From the sequence record NZ_AP019754.1: a stretch of DNA of 64,000 nt; one strand, 5' to 3'. The notes beneath the pieces are model-generated. The model was not told the DNA's origin and searched no databases. It worked only from the letters and a program-made list of their open reading frames with translations. Shown here in pieces: positions 29,240 to 38,838 of the stretch. The position numbers and the translations under genes are program-made. The number at the start of each line of letters is the position of its first letter. Position 1 is the stretch's first letter. The stretch is from a plasmid.

Positions 29240-30715
29240 ATGGATACAAACCGTTCATCGTCACCCAGGCCTAAAAAACATTTCTGGAATAAAAAGCAAA
29301 AAAAACTCACGGTTGATGACATAACCGTTATCGATAATGACATGTTAAAACGCGCTGTCGGTGCCGCCGCATTAGGTAATGCCATGGAGTGGTTTGACTT
29401 TGGCGTCTACAGCTACCTGGCTGTTATCATTGGTAAGGTCTTTTTCCCCGATGCCAATACGGCAATTCAGTTGATCGCGACCTTTGGTACCTTTGCAGCG
29501 GCGTTTTTAGTCCGCCCACTGGGCGGTCTGGTATTCGGTCCGCTGGGTGACCGAATCGGACGTCAGAAAGTGCTGGCCATCACCATGATCATGATGTCGA
29601 TAGGCACATTTTGCATCGGCATCATTCCATCCTATGCCTCAATCGGCATCATGGCACCCATCCTGCTGCTGGTGGCCCGACTCGTTCAGGGATTCTCTAC
29701 CGGTGGCGAATATGGCGGTGCAGCAACCTTCATCGCAGAGTATTCGACAGATAAACGTCGTGGTTTTATGGGAAGCTTCCTGGAGTTCGGTACATTAGGC
29801 GGCTACCTGCTGGGTGCCTGTCTGGTGACCGTAATGACGAGCTTTATCTCATCAGAAGCCATGATGTCCTGGGGCTGGCGCGTGCCCTTCTTTATTGCCG
29901 CGCCCCTTGGCTTGTTCGGCCTGTATGTGCGTTTGAAACTCGAGGAAACACCTGCTTTTAAACAACATATGCAGAAGCAGGAGGAGCTGGAGCAGAGTAA
30001 ACCGCGCCTGACGCTCTTCAAGATGTTAAGTAAGCACCGCGTGCCCATGATGAAGTGTATCGGGCTGGTCTTATTGTTTAACGTTTCCAACTACATGCTG
30101 ACCTCGTATATGCCCAGCTATCTTACCGGCGTACTGGGTTTACCTGAGCTCAGCGGGCTGCTGCTGGTAATGATCGTGATGTTTGTCATGATGCCGTTAA
30201 CGCTGATGTGGGGCCGCTGGACCGATCGAATTGGTCGTCGCCCGGTGATTGGCTTCGGTGCAGTGGGCCTGATCCTGCTCGCTATCCCCAGCTTTATGTT
30301 GATCGGTTCACATAATATGTGGGCAGTCTTTGCCGGCCTGCTCATACTGGGTATTCTGCACACCTGCTTCAGTGGCACCATGCCCTCAACGCTACCCGCG
30401 CTTTTTGCCACTGATATTCGTTACAGTGCACTGGCGATCGGCTTCAATCTTTCGGTTTCACTGTTTGGCGGCACCACGCCTTTACTTACCGCATGGCTGG
30501 TTGATACCACGCAAAATACCATGATGCCGGCGTACTACATGATGGTTGCAGGGGTGGTGGGATTACTGACGATTCTGACGGTACGTGAAACGGCCCGTAA
30601 GCCCTTAACCGGCTCTTCTCCTGCTGTCGCAAGCGAAGCCGAAGCCCAAAGCCTGATTAATAAAATGGACAGAAAGGCTGAATCCGATCGACCCGCGCCA
30701 GCTGACGCGAAATAA
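29240..30715 (+). CDS. proP: osmoprotectant (proline/glycine betaine):H+ symporter, MFS
   Basis: 491 aa; colinear with E. coli ProP (LGNAMEWFDFGVY, RPLGG..FG.LGD..GRQK.LAIT, GEY.GA..F.AEYS.D..RGFMGS, MPSYL). Shorter C-terminal tail than E. coli. Confidence 0.85.
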   Translation: MDTNRSSSPRPKKHFWNKKQKKLTVDDITVIDNDMLKRAVGAAALGNAMEWFDFGVYSYLAVIIGKVFFPDANTAIQLIATFGTFAAAFLVRPLGGLVFGPLGDRIGRQKVLAITMIMMSIGTFCIGIIPSYASIGIMAPILLLVARLVQGFSTGGEYGGAATFIAEYSTDKRRGFMGSFLEFGTLGGYLLGACLVTVMTSFISSEAMMSWGWRVPFFIAAPLGLFGLYVRLKLEETPAFKQHMQKQEELEQSKPRLTLFKMLSKHRVPMMKCIGLVLLFNVSNYMLTSYMPSYLTGVLGLPELSGLLLVMIVMFVMMPLTLMWGRWTDRIGRRPVIGFGAVGLILLAIPSFMLIGSHNMWAVFAGLLILGILHTCFSGTMPSTLPALFATDIRYSALAIGFNLSVSLFGGTTPLLTAWLVDTTQNTMMPAYYMMVAGVVGLLTILTVRETARKPLTGSSPAVASEAEAQSLINKMDRKAESDRPAPADAK

Positions 30716-30732
30716 TCCGCCGTTTTCATCCA

Positions 30733-30760
30733 AAACACCCTGTCCGCAGGGTGTTTTTTT
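30733..30760. terminator. rho-independent terminator after proP
   Basis: aaACACCCTGtccgCAGGGTGTttttttt. Confidence 0.7.
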
Positions 30761-30775
30761 ATGTGTACATTCAGT

Positions 30776-31312
30776 CTAGTCATTACCAAACCGGGCCACC
30801 GAGCTGGCCGCACCCAGGGCATGTCCTTTGAGTTTCTTCATCAGCTCGTCATGAGTCAAACCCGGTTCAAGCGCAGAGGGTGCAAGATCCGTGGCAATCA
30901 GCACGAAGTTATAGTGGTGAATGCCTGAACCGACAGGCGGACAGGGGCCGTAGTAATGGGCGGTGCCCGGTGAGTTTTTCCCACCCGTGTAACCTTTCCC
31001 CGTTGTCAGTTCACCCTGAGCAAAAGCACTGCGTTCAGAAGCAATGTTGTAAGCCACCATATGACTCACGCCGAGACCTTTAGCCCCCACGGGATCGGTC
31101 ATCAGTAAGGCAAAGCTTTTGGTACCGGCCGGACTCTCTGACCAGTTAAGTTCGGGTGATACGTTTTCGCCGGTGCAGGCCGCATTACTTTTATTCGCAC
31201 CGGCAAATTTTTTATCTAACAAGCCATTATCGCTGAAGTCTTTCGACTGCAGGGTTAAAGCCAATGCAGCAGGACATAAAAAGATTAACAACAGATAAGG
31301 AAATTTTTTCAC
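30776..31312 (-). CDS. secreted YbhB/YbcL-family phosphatidylethanolamine-binding (Raf-kinase-inhibitor-like) protein
   Basis: Signal peptide MKKFPYLLLIFLCPAALA. PEBP motifs (SPEL.WS, HHY.F....D, GPCPP). Confidence 0.8.
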   Translation of the reverse strand: MKKFPYLLLIFLCPAALALTLQSKDFSDNGLLDKKFAGANKSNAACTGENVSPELNWSESPAGTKSFALLMTDPVGAKGLGVSHMVAYNIASERSAFAQGELTTGKGYTGGKNSPGTAHYYGPCPPVGSGIHHYNFVLIATDLAPSALEPGLTHDELMKKLKGHALGAASSVARFGND

Positions 31313-31680
31313 CTGATACTCCTGTGTTATCGAGAGGTTATCCTGGGACGAGAGCGAAATTCATCCAATCCACAATGAAACAGTATATGTCTCAAAACCC
31401 GACAGAGAAGTGCGACAGGAGCCCACAGAAAAGAGGAGAAGAGAAATAAAAACCGCAGTTCGCCAGAGGCGACAGGCCTTCAGGATCGGCCTGTGAAGGG
31501 GAATAAGGCTTATTTTACTGTCATCTTTCAGGGTGAAATCGCCAGTATTTAGCGCCCGATTGCCGGTAGCAAACCGGTCTGACGCCTTTTTTTTATTTAC
31601 ACAAAAGGCCTGATACTTGATCTGAATCACAAAAATCCGCATGATCTGCATCAAACATTTAAACAGGTATTGAGGCAAAA

Positions 31681-31854
31681 ATGACACTTTATCAACACAT
31701 GCTGGTCTTCTATGGCATTGTTGCCTCGGTAGCGGCACTCATCACCTTCTTTATCGCCAAAGACAAGCTCAGCATCAAACTGTTGAGTGCTTTTCTGGTT
31801 GGTGCAACCTGGCCTATGAGTTTTCCGGTAGCATTAATGTTCGCGCTATTTTGA
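31681..31854 (+). CDS. GhoT/OrtT-family (DUF2566) small membrane toxin, 57 aa, orphan (no ghoS-like gene nearby)
   Basis: Not in the ORF track (under 60 aa). GAGG RBS 8 nt upstream. Translation MTLYQHMLVFYGIVASVAALITFFIAKDKLSIKLLSAFLVGATWPMSFPVALMFALF aligns end to end with E. coli GhoT (MALFSKILIFYVIGVNISFVIIWFISHEKTHIRLLSAFLVGITWPMSLPVALLFSLF; the E. coli sequence is from memory), including the LLSAFLVG.TWPMS.PVAL.F.LF C-terminal signature. Two TM helices. Confidence 0.7.
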   Translation: MTLYQHMLVFYGIVASVAALITFFIAKDKLSIKLLSAFLVGATWPMSFPVALMFALF

Positions 31855-32181
31855 AAATTTCTCTCCTGTAGGTCAGATACATCGCTACCTGCTGGGCGGT
31901 CTTCACACTTCAATAAGACACCTTCACCAGACAATTTTGCATAACCTTCCCTTGGCGCAACCGCTGCCCTGTACTGTTCTGCAAAACCCGCTTTTTCCTG
32001 CAAGCGATGGCTGCAATCATCGCCACAGCGTGCCGTTCCGATAGACGCCTTTTGTCATGCACCGCACTCACTGACTTGCTGACGTCGCAAGATACCTGTT
32101 TTGGCAGCGCGCGATCGCCCGCTACCGAAAGGGAAAATCGTAGGGTAACAGACTGAACCTCGTGAAGTTTTTACCCCACCT

Positions 32182-32388
32182 TTATTGTGAACCCTGGTGT
32201 GTTATTTCAGCATAACGGGCCGTCAGTTGCTTCAGGTGCATTTCCAGTTGAGACCGGGCAGCGGCAGGTAAAGGTTCGCCCGCAGGATGTTGTGACAATG
32301 CCCGCAGTTGCTCTTCAACCGGTATGGATTGGTTAAAGGACTGCATAGTGGAAAAAACCACTGATTTCAGCTCGCTGACCCGTTTCAA
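32182..32388 (-). CDS. hypothetical small soluble protein (68 aa) downstream of clcA
   Basis: ORF only; no motif recognised. Sits 68 bp downstream of the clcA stop on the same strand. Confidence 0.3.
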   Translation of the reverse strand: MKRVSELKSVVFSTMQSFNQSIPVEEQLRALSQHPAGEPLPAAARSQLEMHLKQLTARYAEITHQGSQ

Positions 32389-32456
32389 GAATGATTGCCG
32401 TCCGACCTCAGGCCAGATTCCCGGCGTTAATATCTGCGCAATTTCGCCCTGCTCAC

Positions 32457-33863
32457 TCAGGCCCGATCGTGCGTTGCATTGGCCTCCGCCTCACTTTGTT
32501 GCTGCTTTGCCAGAGTCCGGGCGAGAAGCGTTGAATACAACGGCGTTCCGCCGAAATATTGCGCAGACAGGGTAGCCCCAAGACAGGTAATAATCATTGG
32601 CAGAATAAGCTGATAATTATTCGTCATCTCCAGCACCAGAATAATGCCGGTCAAGGGTGCGCGTACCGAGGCCGCAAATAACGCCCCCATGCCCGCAACG
32701 GCAAAGGTTGCCGCTTCAAGATGATACGCCGGAAACATTGCAACACAGAGTTGACCGACGCTGATGCCGAGTAATGTGCCGAGCGTCAGCATCGGCGCGA
32801 AAATACCGCCTGGCGCCCCGGATGCGAAACACAGCAAGGTGGTCAGCGCGCGAAGAAAAAACAGGGAGAGTAAAGCGGCGGAGGTATATGTACCGGCTGA
32901 AAAGTCGGGAATTAACGTAATACCGCCAGTAACGGCCTGAGGCAGTACCAGCCCCAGCAGACCGCATAATCCGCCCAACACTGCACCGCCCAGCACCCAA
33001 CGCGAGGTTTGGCCCTTGTGAAGAGTCTGAAACAGATCCTGCAGCGTGAATATCAGACGATTAAAGGCCACACCGCAGCCACCAAATAGAATCCCTAACA
33101 GCAAATATAACCACAGGGTTTGTATCGGCGCATCTTTCAGTTGCCCGATGTTAATGATGGGTTCGTTACCGTTCAGCGCACGAAAAACAATGCTTGAGGT
33201 AATGACCCCAACAAACACGGCTTTGATAGAAATAAGGCTAAAGCGAAACTGCAGGCGCATTTCTTCAATGATGAACAGAATGCCTGCCAGCGGGGCATTA
33301 AAGGCGGCGGCCAGGCCAGAAGCAGCACCGGTAGCCAGAATAGTATGACGGGATTCAGAAGACCGCATGCGGAAGATATCCAGACACATGCGTCCAATGT
33401 TGCCGCCAATTTGAACTGTCGGCCCTTCTCGCCCAAGCACCATGCCCGAGCCCAGCGCGCCCAGCCCCCCAACGAACTTCACCGGTAAAACTCGCCACCA
33501 GCGTACGGGCCTTAACTCCTCCAGCGCACCTTCTATTTCAGGAATGCCCGATCCACCCGCTTCAGGCGCAAATCGCCTGACAAGAAAATAGCCTGAAGCT
33601 GCCAGCCCTGCGGAAAAAATAAAGGCAAACAAGCCCATTAACAAGGCATTGTTTTCAAACTGGCTCAGCCAGTGGAGGCGGGAATGTATGACCCAGCTTA
33701 CCGCTCTGTCGAATGCCACCGCCGTCAGGCCCGTTAATACACCCACCAGCGCGGCGAGCAGTAATAAGGCAACCGGCGTTTTATCTCGCCGAATAAGATA
33801 TTGTAACAACCGTAGCCGACGGGGGCGAAAAAGACCGGGTCGGTTTGAGACAAAAGCGCGCAT
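32457..33863 (-). CDS. clcA: H+/Cl- exchange transporter ClcA
   Basis: The ORF track starts at TTG 33902; ATG 33863 gives [10 protein letters not shown].... ClC selectivity motifs GSGIP, GREGP, GIFAP and the gating Glu context are all present. Colinear with E. coli ClcA. Confidence 0.9.
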   Translation of the reverse strand: MRAFVSNRPGLFRPRRLRLLQYLIRRDKTPVALLLLAALVGVLTGLTAVAFDRAVSWVIHSRLHWLSQFENNALLMGLFAFIFSAGLAASGYFLVRRFAPEAGGSGIPEIEGALEELRPVRWWRVLPVKFVGGLGALGSGMVLGREGPTVQIGGNIGRMCLDIFRMRSSESRHTILATGAASGLAAAFNAPLAGILFIIEEMRLQFRFSLISIKAVFVGVITSSIVFRALNGNEPIINIGQLKDAPIQTLWLYLLLGILFGGCGVAFNRLIFTLQDLFQTLHKGQTSRWVLGGAVLGGLCGLLGLVLPQAVTGGITLIPDFSAGTYTSAALLSLFFLRALTTLLCFASGAPGGIFAPMLTLGTLLGISVGQLCVAMFPAYHLEAATFAVAGMGALFAASVRAPLTGIILVLEMTNNYQLILPMIITCLGATLSAQYFGGTPLYSTLLARTLAKQQQSEAEANATHDRA

Positions 33864-34133
33864 GCCTGACCTCAAAATTAGCGTGCTGAACAGCACCAAC
33901 AATGCAAATTAAATCCAGAGGTTATCGCATCCCCGCCATAATTCCTCGCTTTTATTTATCTCCGAATTTTACTAAATCAGCAACCTGCTGCTGCATAAGG
34001 GATGATGTGGGGTAATCATCATGCCTGATAAAATTTCAGGCCTCGTCTGGCAATTTTATCTGCAAGCCATTGATTTGCAGCCTGAGGACGCTCATCATCC
34101 TGCGCCATCAACGATCTTTCTGGAGACGCGTGT

Positions 34134-35054
34134 GTGACCACTCTCAGTAATTCACTGCTTGAAGCCGTTCTTGAGCAGGTCCGTCCGTTAGTTCATCAGG
34201 GCAAAGTCGCTAATTACATTCCGGCGCTGGCTGACGTCGCGGCCGACCATCTGGGTATAGCGGTCTGTTTACGTGATGGCACAGTTTTTCAGGCAGGCGA
34301 TGCTGAAACTCGTTTTTCGATCCAGTCCATTTCGAAAGTGCTCTCACTCACCGTCGCGCTGACGCGTTATGAGGATGCGGAGATATGGCGGCGAGTGGGT
34401 AAAGAACCCTCCGGTCAGCCTTTTAATTCGCTGGTTCAGCTTGAACTGGAGCAGGGAAAACCCCGTAATCCCTTTATTAACGCCGGGGCGCTGGTGATCT
34501 GCGATTTGCTTGAAACCCGGCTGACAGCACCGCGTCAGCGTATGCTGGAAATAATCCGTCAGCTCAGTCAGCAATCGGATATTCAGTACGATCGTCACGT
34601 CGCCCGTTCTGAATACGAACACTCTGCCCGCAACGCGGCTATCGCCTGGCTGATGAAGTCATTTGGTAATTTTGACAACGACGTCACCAGCGTTATGCAG
34701 ACTTATTTTCACTACTGCTCATTGTCCATGAACTGTATTGAACTGGCTCGCAGTTTTATTTATCTGGCTAATCAGGGAAAAACCCTGGATGGCGCGTCCC
34801 TGATTTCGTCCCGCCAGGCGCGGCAGATCAATGCGCTAATGATTACCAGCGGTATGTACGACGGGGCTGGCGAATTTGCCTGGCGGGTGGGCATGCCCGC
34901 CAAATCCGGGGTTGGCGGCGGTATCATTGCCGTCATTCCTGGTGAAATGAGCATCGCGGTCTGGTCACCCGGATTGGATAGCGCGGGCAATTCGTTAGCC
35001 GGCACCGCCGCGCTGGAGTGCCTGACTGACAAACTCGGTCGTTCGATATTCTGA
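34134..35054 (+). CDS. glsB: glutaminase (YneH/GlsB-type)
   Basis: GTG start with GGAG 8 nt upstream. Colinear with E. coli glutaminase 2 ([64 protein letters not shown]). Confidence 0.85.
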   Translation: MTTLSNSLLEAVLEQVRPLVHQGKVANYIPALADVAADHLGIAVCLRDGTVFQAGDAETRFSIQSISKVLSLTVALTRYEDAEIWRRVGKEPSGQPFNSLVQLELEQGKPRNPFINAGALVICDLLETRLTAPRQRMLEIIRQLSQQSDIQYDRHVARSEYEHSARNAAIAWLMKSFGNFDNDVTSVMQTYFHYCSLSMNCIELARSFIYLANQGKTLDGASLISSRQARQINALMITSGMYDGAGEFAWRVGMPAKSGVGGGIIAVIPGEMSIAVWSPGLDSAGNSLAGTAALECLTDKLGRSIF

Positions 35055-35055
35055 T

Positions 35056-35997
35056 TCAGCTCACGACATTCACGGGCCGGTTTTGCTCAAATCCCGCCAG
35101 GTTCACCATGAGTCCCTGAAGCAGATTGTGCATGCCGCTGTTACTCGCCCAGGCAATGTGCGGTGTCAGGAGAAGATTGGGGATATCGGGCTGGAGAAGA
35201 GGATGATCCCGCGCAGGGGGTTCACTGCTGAGAACGTCCAGCGCTGCACCGGCAAGGGTGCCATTCCGCAGGGCATCTGCCAGTTGCGCCTCGTGAATTA
35301 AGCCGCCCCGCGCGGTGTTAATCAGTAACGCCTGGGGTTTCATCTTTTCCAGCGTCTCGCGATCGATCAGATGACGGGTTTGCTCGCTAAGAGGGCAGTG
35401 CAGTGAAATGATATCGCTGGAGGCCAGCATCGCATCAAAGCTGACATAGCCGTCACGGATCCTGCTGCTGTCTTTGCGTTCGGCATAAAGCACACGCATT
35501 CCCAAGGCCTGTGCCAGCCTGCCGACTGCGCTGCCGATGTCGCCCTTTCCAACAATACCCAGCGTTGCGCCAGCAATATCCTGAATCGGCGCCCGGTGCA
35601 GGCAAAAATGAGAGGATTCAGGCCAGGAGTGACGCGTGCTGTTGGCGTATTCCACGATCTGGCGCCGCAAGGCAAAAATAAAGGCTATCACGCCTTCCGA
35701 AACACTTTGCGTTGAGTAACCCGGAATGTTGCTCACCACAATGCCACGCTCTTTGCAGGCTACAATATCAATGCAGTCATAGCCCGTTGCCGTGACACAG
35801 ATGTATCGCAGGTCGGGGAGCTGTGCCAGCGTCGCCGCACGTAAGGGCACCTTGTTGGTGATGGCAATGGTCGCCCCCTTTAGCGCTGTAACGATCTCGT
35901 CTTCGGCCGTGTCCGTTCGAAATTGCCAGTCACTACACCAGGCGGGCTGAGTCGGTGGCACGGGCAATGTGTCGCCATCGAGTGTTACGATTTTCAT
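35056..35997 (-). CDS. D-isomer-specific 2-hydroxyacid dehydrogenase (glycerate/hydroxypyruvate reductase-like)
   Basis: 313 aa. NAD-binding GIVGKGDIGSAVGRLAQALGMRV. Catalytic R/E/H triad context (NTARGGLI...LD...EP, HIAWAS). Confidence 0.8.
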   Translation of the reverse strand: MKIVTLDGDTLPVPPTQPAWCSDWQFRTDTAEDEIVTALKGATIAITNKVPLRAATLAQLPDLRYICVTATGYDCIDIVACKERGIVVSNIPGYSTQSVSEGVIAFIFALRRQIVEYANSTRHSWPESSHFCLHRAPIQDIAGATLGIVGKGDIGSAVGRLAQALGMRVLYAERKDSSRIRDGYVSFDAMLASSDIISLHCPLSEQTRHLIDRETLEKMKPQALLINTARGGLIHEAQLADALRNGTLAGAALDVLSSEPPARDHPLLQPDIPNLLLTPHIAWASNSGMHNLLQGLMVNLAGFEQNRPVNVVS

Positions 35998-36060
35998 TAG
36001 ATCTCCTTTATTACAATATCACCGACAAATAATGTTATTTAAATGTACGGCATGAGTAAC

Positions 36061-36079
36061 GATAAAGTTAATCTCAAAG
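36061..36079. promoter_or_regulatory. possible Fur-box-like element upstream of the DUF2946/PepSY gene pair
   Basis: gataaagttaatctcaaag matches 12 of 19 positions of GATAATGATAATCATTATC. PepSY-TM/DUF2946 loci are commonly iron- or copper-regulated. Weak. Confidence 0.25.
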
Positions 36080-36203
36080 GCAATTTGAGTGAATGTGTTC
36101 AAAAGGTGCGACTTTTGATGGCTTAAATGTCATTTTTTTTAACCCTTTTATCTCCGTCGCGTTACACTGCCGCCCTGAAATTGTGAATAACTATCCTGTT
36201 CTG

Positions 36204-36611
36204 ATGATGAAATCCACCCGCTGTAAACAACAACGACTGAGCGCCTGTATTGCGATACTGGCTGTACTGCTGTTGTTTATTGCACCTGTGGTATCAAAAA
36301 ATCTTGCTGAACGTCATGATGCGATGACGATGTCAGGCATGAGTGCGGATATGCCGATGATGGATCATCACAGCGATATGGCGATGACCGATCACAGTAT
36401 GATGAACGACGGCCTCGCCTGCGGTTATTGCGATCTGCTGGTGCATGTTCCGTTAATGTTGTGGGTATTTATTCCCTTCATCTGGTTGATCTGCCTGACC
36501 TGTCGCGCTCCTCCGCCCCGGCACATTGCGCGCCTGGCGTTACCGCGCCTGAACGGTATTTATCGACCCCGCGCACCACCGTTGCCCCGGTTGTTTATTT
36601 CCTTGATGTGA
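36204..36611 (+). CDS. DUF2946-family small exported protein (CxxC motif)
   Basis: The ORF track starts at 36093. The probable start is ATG 36204 (MMKSTRCKQQRLSACIAILAVLLLFIAPVV, signal-like). Contains the CGYC motif. Usual partner of PepSY-TM proteins. Confidence 0.6.
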   Translation: MMKSTRCKQQRLSACIAILAVLLLFIAPVVSKNLAERHDAMTMSGMSADMPMMDHHSDMAMTDHSMMNDGLACGYCDLLVHVPLMLWVFIPFIWLICLTCRAPPPRHIARLALPRLNGIYRPRAPPLPRLFISLM

Positions 36612-36674
36612 TCTTTTCTTCTTACGCCATGGCGCAGGAGGAAAAGCCCGGTATTCTGAAAATATGGAATCGCT

Positions 36675-38411
36675 ATGACTTTTTCACGGGAAAACAATCT
36701 TCCTCAACGCGGGGCGATGTTGAATGTTCTTCGTCGTTTACATTTTTATATTGGCCTGTTTATTGCGCCCTTTATTTTTGTTGCGGCATTAACCGGCACG
36801 CTGTATGTCATTACGCCGCAGTTAGAGAACCTGATTTATAAAGATGCACTCACCACCAACGCCCAGGGCACTGCAAAGCCGCTTTCCGATCAAATTAGTG
36901 CGGCCAGGCGTTATGCCGGTAATGCCCGGATTTATGCCGTAAGGCCCGCTCCGGGCGAACACGACACGACGCGTGTGCAGTTTTCAGAGCCGCAGTCAGG
37001 CCCTTCAGAATCACGTTCTGTTTTTATCGACCCTTATACGCTCGCTGTAAAAGGGGACATGACGGTTTATGGCACCAGCGGCGTATTACCTCTTCGCATG
37101 TGGCTCGATCAGGTTCATCGCGGTCTGCTGCTGGGCGATGTTGGCCGTAATTACAGCGAACTGGCGGCGTCATGGTTATGGGTTGCGGCACTGGGTGGCA
37201 TTCTGCTGTGGCTGGGGACGCGTCCGCGGCGCAAAGTCAGACAGCCGCGTTCTGGCTTTTTATTAACGCGTTCCTGGCATATTACGCTCGGCTTAGTCCT
37301 GTCCCTTGGTCTGGTCTTTTTCTCGGTAACGGGATTAACCTGGTCACAGTGGGCAGGCAGTAATATTGATAAAATGCGCAGCGATTTTGGCTGGTTGACG
37401 CCTCAGGTCAGAACAGCGCTAAATGGCGATGCACCGGTGGTGGCTGCCGATCCTCATGCCGAACATCATGCCACGATGGACGGTATGGCAATGGGCGGCA
37501 CCCTGCCCAGCATGCCGGGTCATAAGACCGACAAACCCGTTATCCTTAATCAGCCTGATGCTGACTGGGACAGGGTTGAGGCGGCCGCACGTAGCGCAGG
37601 TATCAAGGCGGCAAAAATTGAATTACGCCAGCCGAAAAGTGCCGGTCAGGCATGGACAGTGAGTGAGATCGATCGCCGCTGGCCAAGTCAGGTCGATTCG
37701 GTTTCCGTTAATCCTGATGACTTCAGCATTGTCGATCACGTGGAGTTTGCCCATTTTCCGCTGGTCGCGAAGCTGACACGCTGGGGCGTAGATGCACATA
37801 TGGGCGTGCTGTTTGGCCTACCGAACCAACTCATCCTGGCGCTGTTTGGTACGGGGTTATGTGCGATGATCGTTCTGGGTTATCGCATGTGGTGGATTCG
37901 CCGCCCGGCATTACCGCAGGCCAATCCCGCGCAAACGCTGCTGGCAGCATGGCAGGTCTTACCGCGCTATCAGCAGGGGGCCAGCCTGATCCTGGCTCTC
38001 GCATTCGGTTATGCGCTGCCGTTGATGGGCGTGAGTTTACTGGCCTTCTTACTGCTTGATATCCAGCGCTGGCGGAAAGCACAGCGTGCTTCACGTCAGG
38101 AGGTTGTCACGCCGCTGGATAAGCAGTCTCCATTGGCGATTGTTCAATCCCGATTTGCCGTTAAGCGTAAAGAGATGCGTTATTTCCTGCGCAGCGTGGT
38201 CATTCTGGCAATTATTGTGGGAACCGTTATGGCACGCGCCATGGTGAGTGGCGTAATTGAGCAATACAATATTCCGTTCAGCGACTGGACGATAATGATG
38301 TATATCACTCAGGCCATGATGATTCTGCTTTATACCACCGTATTTACCGGCTTAATGTCGATTCCACTCTGGTATTTTTTCCTGGGTGAAAGTGACGAGC
38401 AGGGCAAGTAA
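36675..38411 (+). CDS. PepSY-associated TM-helix protein (PiuB-like) with an extra C-terminal two-TM extension resembling a fused DUF3325-type small membrane protein
   Basis: 578 aa. N-terminal LRRLHFYIGLFIAPFIF is the PepSY-TM hallmark. Hydrophobic segments fit the expected topology up to about residue 470. Residues about 480-578 form an extra two-TM module, which in related loci is a separate downstream gene. Confidence 0.7.
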   Translation: MTFSRENNLPQRGAMLNVLRRLHFYIGLFIAPFIFVAALTGTLYVITPQLENLIYKDALTTNAQGTAKPLSDQISAARRYAGNARIYAVRPAPGEHDTTRVQFSEPQSGPSESRSVFIDPYTLAVKGDMTVYGTSGVLPLRMWLDQVHRGLLLGDVGRNYSELAASWLWVAALGGILLWLGTRPRRKVRQPRSGFLLTRSWHITLGLVLSLGLVFFSVTGLTWSQWAGSNIDKMRSDFGWLTPQVRTALNGDAPVVAADPHAEHHATMDGMAMGGTLPSMPGHKTDKPVILNQPDADWDRVEAAARSAGIKAAKIELRQPKSAGQAWTVSEIDRRWPSQVDSVSVNPDDFSIVDHVEFAHFPLVAKLTRWGVDAHMGVLFGLPNQLILALFGTGLCAMIVLGYRMWWIRRPALPQANPAQTLLAAWQVLPRYQQGASLILALAFGYALPLMGVSLLAFLLLDIQRWRKAQRASRQEVVTPLDKQSPLAIVQSRFAVKRKEMRYFLRSVVILAIIVGTVMARAMVSGVIEQYNIPFSDWTIMMYITQAMMILLYTTVFTGLMSIPLWYFFLGESDEQGK

Positions 38412-38413
38412 TA

Positions 38414-38443
38414 AAAATGCCCGCATTATGCGGGCGTTTGATG
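38414..38443. terminator. rho-independent terminator (bidirectional) between the PepSY gene and the convergent HTH gene
   Basis: aaaaatGCCCGCAttaTGCGGGCgtttgatg. Confidence 0.65.
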
Positions 38444-38470
38444 AATCAGAATGCATGCTAAGCCGTGTCT

Positions 38471-38689
38471 TTAATCATGATGGATATCGTGAACGCGTTG
38501 CAACGCGTGTTTTAACTGGCTGACATCCTCTTTTAACCAGTGCCGTTGCGTCAGAGGCAGATGATCCAGTCCTTCGGGAAGCGGCACACCCTCTAACGCC
38601 CCCTCATTACAAAGCGCCCTGACCAGAGTTGCCTGCGAAACCCCTAGATAGGCTGCCATTTCAGATAATGTCATACGATCTGAGTGCAT
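38471..38689 (-). CDS. small HTH DNA-binding protein (AlpA/excisionase or DUF1323-like)
   Basis: 72 aa with a strong AGGAGG RBS. MTLSEMAAYLGVSQATLVRAL is an HTH segment. Confidence 0.5.
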   Translation of the reverse strand: MHSDRMTLSEMAAYLGVSQATLVRALCNEGALEGVPLPEGLDHLPLTQRHWLKEDVSQLKHALQRVHDIHHD

Positions 38690-38838
38690 TTTTCACCTCC
38701 TGATCTTCACTTGCTGATGCATTTTTGTTCAGCCCTCCCCCGGCTATATTGATCTCAAACAGGATTGGGCATAAAACAGTTGAAAGTGAATAAAGTTGCT
38801 AAGCTGGTAACTCAGATCCTAAAAACAGGGATAAGACT

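Noticed and set aside
31264-31449. 61-aa ORF considered as a possible GhoS-like antitoxin upstream of the GhoT-like gene
   Set aside because: No resemblance to GhoS. Overlaps the 5' end of the PEBP gene on the opposite strand. Ends more than 230 bp before the toxin gene.
31710-32003. 97-aa minus-strand ORF (and 31361..31738)
   Set aside because: Antisense to, and overlapping, the GhoT/OrtT-like gene. The ORF 31361..31738 additionally runs into the upstream intergenic region. Low-complexity translations with no RBS.
36093-36203. N-terminal 37 codons of the DUF2946 ORF as given in the ORF track
   Set aside because: The upstream portion lacks a signal-like sequence. The in-frame ATG at 36204 gives the expected basic-hydrophobic signal peptide (MMKSTRCKQQRLSACIAILAVLLLF).
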